64,000 bases of DNA from positions 1 to 64,000 of the forward strand of contig CAVSCK010000005.1 in the NCBI GenBank assembly GCA_963726455.1. Direction: 5' to 3'. Shown piece after piece: positions 60,675 through 64,000 of this stretch. A program made the position numbers and the translations under genes. The notes beneath the pieces were generated by a model. It worked only from the letters and a program-made list of their open reading frames with translations, had not been told where the DNA came from and made no database searches. The DNA comes from an uncultured bacterium. GTDB taxonomy: Bacteria > Zixibacteria > MSB-5A5 > CAIYYT01. How positions within the stretch are numbered: the first letter of the stretch is position 1; each line of letters opens with the position of its first letter.

Positions 60675-61517
60675 ATGTTGTACGATAGAAGTGAAGAGAA
60701 GAAGTTTAACATGGAGGATTGGCAATTTACGGGAATTGTCAATTTATGGACTATGCTGGACATATATGCTGCTAAATTCATAATGCTGCTAAAATTATTA
60801 GAGGTATTGTCCGATGAAGTATGGCTCAATCCTAATATACCAGAGGACGCCCGCCAAAAGAGGATTCGGGAAATACAAGACCAAATGGTTGAGACTATAC
60901 AGGTATTGGAAATTTTTGAAATGCCAGTATCAGTATTGCAGTGCAAGAAGATTACGAGGATATTAGACCTGGCCTGGCCGAGACCTGAGGAACCAGTCAT
61001 CCTCGATCTTCTATCTGATTTCCCGCGCGTTTCCGCTATGTTAAGGGAGATTATAATTGACGAACTGAGTAGCAAACAGTTTTACTTTGTAAGGTCTGAT
61101 CTTGCCAAATTCTACTTTGAAAATCAATTTTCAAAATCATCAATTCAGAAGTTTCCTTGTGCTATTTACGACATGGAAGAAGCTGGGAAATGCTTTGCCT
61201 TGGGACGTCACACGGCTTGTGCGAGTCATTTAATGAGAGTGATGGAGGTGGGGTTAAAAGAAATTGTTTCCACCTACAATCTTGTTCCTAATAAGCAAGA
61301 CTGGGGTGAGTATATAAGGGTAATCAAGGCATATTGTGAAATGAACAGGGAAGTCAAAACGGAATTGTTTGCCGTAGCAGATAGAATGGACTCGGTGAGA
61401 ATTGTCTGGCGAAATTCAACCATGCATGTGGAACGTCAGTATTCAGAGGAAGAAGCACTGGAAGTTTTTAACGCAGCGAAGAATCTAATGACAGTGATCT
61501 GTGAAACATTGGATTAG
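60675..61517 (+). CDS. HEPN-like domain passenger protein
   Basis: DMEEAGKCFALGRHTACASHLMRVME helix and an Rx4H motif in WRNSTMH, followed by YSEEEALEVFNAAKNLM. Confidence 0.72.
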   Translation: MLYDRSEEKKFNMEDWQFTGIVNLWTMLDIYAAKFIMLLKLLEVLSDEVWLNPNIPEDARQKRIREIQDQMVETIQVLEIFEMPVSVLQCKKITRILDLAWPRPEEPVILDLLSDFPRVSAMLREIIIDELSSKQFYFVRSDLAKFYFENQFSKSSIQKFPCAIYDMEEAGKCFALGRHTACASHLMRVMEVGLKEIVSTYNLVPNKQDWGEYIRVIKAYCEMNREVKTELFAVADRMDSVRIVWRNSTMHVERQYSEEEALEVFNAAKNLMTVICETLD

Positions 61518-61531
61518 GTCATCCACTCTTT

Positions 61532-61648
61532 TTACTTGTGTTTCGTTTTCGATGACTTCGTGATCCTTTTGTGTTTTGGTGGCACTTTAAGCAATGCCTC
61601 CACCAATGCTTCAAACTCAACTTTCTTCGGTTCCTTCTCCTTTGCCAT
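61532..61648 (-). CDS. 38-aa basic micro-ORF overlapping the transposase 3' end
   Basis: GGGAGAG RBS then MAKEKEPKKVEFEALVEALLKVPPKHKRITKSSKTKHK*; below the ORF-track cutoff. Confidence 0.5.
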   Translation of the reverse strand: MAKEKEPKKVEFEALVEALLKVPPKHKRITKSSKTKHK

Positions 61649-62555
61649 TTACACTCTCCCTGTATAACAGTCGTTTTCCAGTGACGCCTCGCAACGCCAT
61701 GATGGTACGTTCGGCGTCGGTCAATTTCCGATGGTTGTATCGGAAGTCAAACTCTCCCACGTAGCGAAACAAGTGTCTAGCGTCTACGTGGTGAAAGGTT
61801 CCAACCAAACCACGCTTCAAGATACTAAAGAAGCCCTCAATAGTGTTAGTATGAATTTCGCCCCGGACATATTCGTCCCGACTATGGCGCACTACTTGAT
61901 GATCTGCAAAGTGTAACTCAATGTCTTTGTAGGCACCAAATTCATCAGTATAGATTCGTGTTGCCTTGTCAACCTGCTCCATTAAGATCGGCTTGAGTGT
62001 GGCTCCGCTAACGTGATTAACGTGGAACGATCTGACATTGCCGTCACGCTCAACCAGTGAGAATATCTTCTCTTTGTGCATGTAGCCCTGTCTGGGTTTC
62101 TTGATCTTCTTGCTGCGAGAATTACCCCAAAAGGTTTCGTCGGCTTCTACAATCACGCCATCACCACCAAGCTTGTTGGTAAAGGCAGTATCGCGCATGG
62201 CTTCGCGGATTCGATGCGTCATAAACCATGCGCTCTTGTAGGTGATGCCCAACGTCCGATGTAGCTGATGGCTGCTCATTCCCTTTTTCGATGAACACAT
62301 AAGATAGACCGCAAGCAGCCACTTGTGGAGCGGTATCTTACTGCCCTCGAAGATTGTGCCGACAGTGACAGTGAATTGCTCTCGGCACCCGGCGCATTTC
62401 CATAAGCCCTTGCGTGTGGACTTGCCCTTTAGTTTGTAGTGCTTGCCGATAGCCCCACAGTGCGGACAGATAACACCGTTATACCATCGGACTGCCTCAA
62501 GAAACTTTCTGGCTTTGTCCTCGTTCTGGAATTGTGGTTGTATGATTGCTGACAT
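61617..62555 (-). CDS. IS1595-family DDE transposase
   Basis: Zn ribbon CPHC...CAGC, FTVTVGTIFE, HTH, EADETF, YTDE, HTNTIEGFFS, YVGEFDFRYN. Confidence 0.95.
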   Translation of the reverse strand: MSAIIQPQFQNEDKARKFLEAVRWYNGVICPHCGAIGKHYKLKGKSTRKGLWKCAGCREQFTVTVGTIFEGSKIPLHKWLLAVYLMCSSKKGMSSHQLHRTLGITYKSAWFMTHRIREAMRDTAFTNKLGGDGVIVEADETFWGNSRSKKIKKPRQGYMHKEKIFSLVERDGNVRSFHVNHVSGATLKPILMEQVDKATRIYTDEFGAYKDIELHFADHQVVRHSRDEYVRGEIHTNTIEGFFSILKRGLVGTFHHVDARHLFRYVGEFDFRYNHRKLTDAERTIMALRGVTGKRLLYRESVNGKGEGTEES

Positions 62556-62641
62556 TGGTTGCTCCTTTCTGCCAGCAATATAATACAGGGGTTTGGGTTT
62601 GTCAAGTATATAATTTCCCTCTCAAGAGGGGAATAACCCGT

Positions 62642-62672
62642 GTAGGAGGGCGAGCCGACGGCTCGTCCCTAC
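62642..62672. repeat. GTAG-type REP palindrome overlapping the rne/rng stop codon
   Basis: GTAGGAGGGCGAGCCGACGGCTCGTCCCTAC; related to 24905-24932. Confidence 0.65.
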
Positions 62673-64000
62673 TTGGCGGTTTGATACAAGGCCGTGACGT
62701 CAACGTCCTGTTCGGCGTTGATGATCTTGTATTCGTCGGGCGACAGTGATTCATCCGCGATCACGTCGATTTTGAAACGGTGTGCTTTCTCGATTTCGCG
62801 GATGCGGTCGACCTCGGAGTTGCGCATGAATTTCGCCATTTCCGGATCGAAATGGATTGCATACTTGCGGCCGGCCTTGGCCACGTGCGCGCGCATAAAC
62901 CAGCGCTCCAACTTCATCGCGACGGTTTCTTTGGACTGGATACGTCCAAAGCCGTGACAGGTCGGACAGGAATCGGACAGTGTATACATGATCGACGGTT
63001 TGGTGCGTTCGCGCGTCATTTCGATCAGCCCGAATTCACTGACCGGCAGAATCGAATTCTTGGCGCGGTCGTTGTTGAAACAGCGGCGGAACTCGTCATA
63101 GAGAATCCGGCGATTTTGATGGCTGTACATATCGATAAAGTCAATGATCAACAAGCCGCCGATGTCGCGCAGACGAATCTGGCGCGCCGCTTCGCGCGCG
63201 GATTCGAGATTGGTCTGCAAGATCATATTCTCCGGATCGTTCTTGCCGACGAAGCGCCCTGAGTTGACGTCGATAGTCACCAACGCCTCGGTCTGATCGA
63301 TCACTATGTAAGCGCCCTTCTTGACCCAGACCTTGCGGTCCAGCATCTTGTCGATTTCCGGCTCGATTCCGAAAGTATCGAAGACAGGAATGTGGCTGTC
63401 GTAAAGCTCGACGCGGTTGCGCAATTCGGGATCGATCGAACGGACGTACTTGAGAATCTCCTTGTAAGTGCCCTTATCGTCGACGACAAACCGGTTCACA
63501 TCGGTCGTAAACACGTCGCGGATCACCGAGGAAGTCATTGATTCTTCTTTGTGCAATAGTGTTCCGGGGCGGGAGTTGTCGGCTTTGCGTTTGATTTTCG
63601 CCCAGATTTTGCAGAGACGGCGGATGTCGTTCTTGAATTCCTTTTCCGTGCGTCCCTCGCCCTCGGTGCGCACGATGATGCCGACGCCTTCGGGTTTGAC
63701 ATCATATACCAAACGACGCAAGCGGCGGCGCTCGGCGAAATTCGTAATCTTCTTGGAGACGCGAATATAGTTCGAGCCGGGGGCCAATACCGAAAAACGG
63801 CCGGGCAGCGAGAGGTCGGTGGTTACGCGCGGCCCTTTGGTACCGATCGGTTCTTTGATGATCTGTACCGCGATTTCCTGATCGACCGACAGGATGGCGT
63901 CGATGTTCTCGAAACGGTGCTTGCGCACGATTTCGGCGTTGACATCATCCTCATCGGCATCGATATCGTAACGGGCGCTGCCCGATTCGGAGGAAAGCCC
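62669..64000 (-). CDS. rng: Ribonuclease E/G family (5' end outside the window)
   Basis: QIIKEPIGTKGPRVT, IDVNSG, QIRLRDIGGLLIIDFIDM, FGLIEMTRER, CPTCHGFG. Confidence 0.9.
   Translation of the reverse strand, partial: GLSSESGSARYDIDADEDDVNAEIVRKHRFENIDAILSVDQEIAVQIIKEPIGTKGPRVTTDLSLPGRFSVLAPGSNYIRVSKKITNFAERRRLRRLVYDVKPEGVGIIVRTEGEGRTEKEFKNDIRRLCKIWAKIKRKADNSRPGTLLHKEESMTSSVIRDVFTTDVNRFVVDDKGTYKEILKYVRSIDPELRNRVELYDSHIPVFDTFGIEPEIDKMLDRKVWVKKGAYIVIDQTEALVTIDVNSGRFVGKNDPENMILQTNLESAREAARQIRLRDIGGLLIIDFIDMYSHQNRRILYDEFRRCFNNDRAKNSILPVSEFGLIEMTRERTKPSIMYTLSDSCPTCHGFGRIQSKETVAMKLERWFMRAHVAKAGRKYAIHFDPEMAKFMRNSEVDRIREIEKAHRFKIDVIADESLSPDEYKIINAEQDVDVTALYQTAK

Larger units (their letters stand above)
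60118..62618 (-). mobile_element. IS1595-family element with passenger genes
   Basis: TIRs GGGAATCATATACAAAACAAACCC and (reverse complement) GGAAATTATATACTTGACAAACCC; 8-bp TSD CTCTCAAG at 60110-60117 and 62619-62626; lower GC than flanks. Confidence 0.9.

Overview
Bacterial chromosomal window of moderate-high GC. It is most likely from an FCB-group organism such as candidate division Zixibacteria, inferred from several secreted proteins ending in a '[28 protein letters not shown]' dockerin-like tail. Many genes are split by single-base indels clustered at 1-7.8 kb, 19.6-21.3 kb, 45-48.4 kb and 56-58 kb, including essential dnaX, which suggests an unpolished long-read assembly. Housekeeping backbone: rarA, an M16 peptidase pair, a saccharopine/lysine dehydrogenase, treT and a TPS/TPP fusion, ybaB-dnaX-SRP RNA, ftsE-ftsX-envC-holB, a DOPA dioxygenase and a partial rne/rng. 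Accessory highlights: (1) a ~14-kb co-oriented locus (30092-43984, minus strand) linking a non-RD receptor Ser/Thr kinase, a TPR/Ig membrane protein, a 1969-aa adhesin-like protein sharing the kinase's Ig-like repeat, a PAAR protein, a DUF4123-Rhs fusion with an unrecognised C-terminal toxin, and a putative immunity gene; (2) two ungapped-homologous non-coding elements with phased TTGTCCC repeats, 8747 bp apart, flanking dockerin-protein and ECF-sigma genes; (3) an IS1595-family element with an 8-bp TSD, inserted into a palindrome and carrying a HEPN-like cargo gene; (4) a dockerin-tagged multiheme cytochrome c; (5) intergenic mosaics of several reshuffled REP-like palindrome families; (6) a degenerate XPF/ERCC4-like protein and a Cys-rich leader-like ORF with an RAGP motif.
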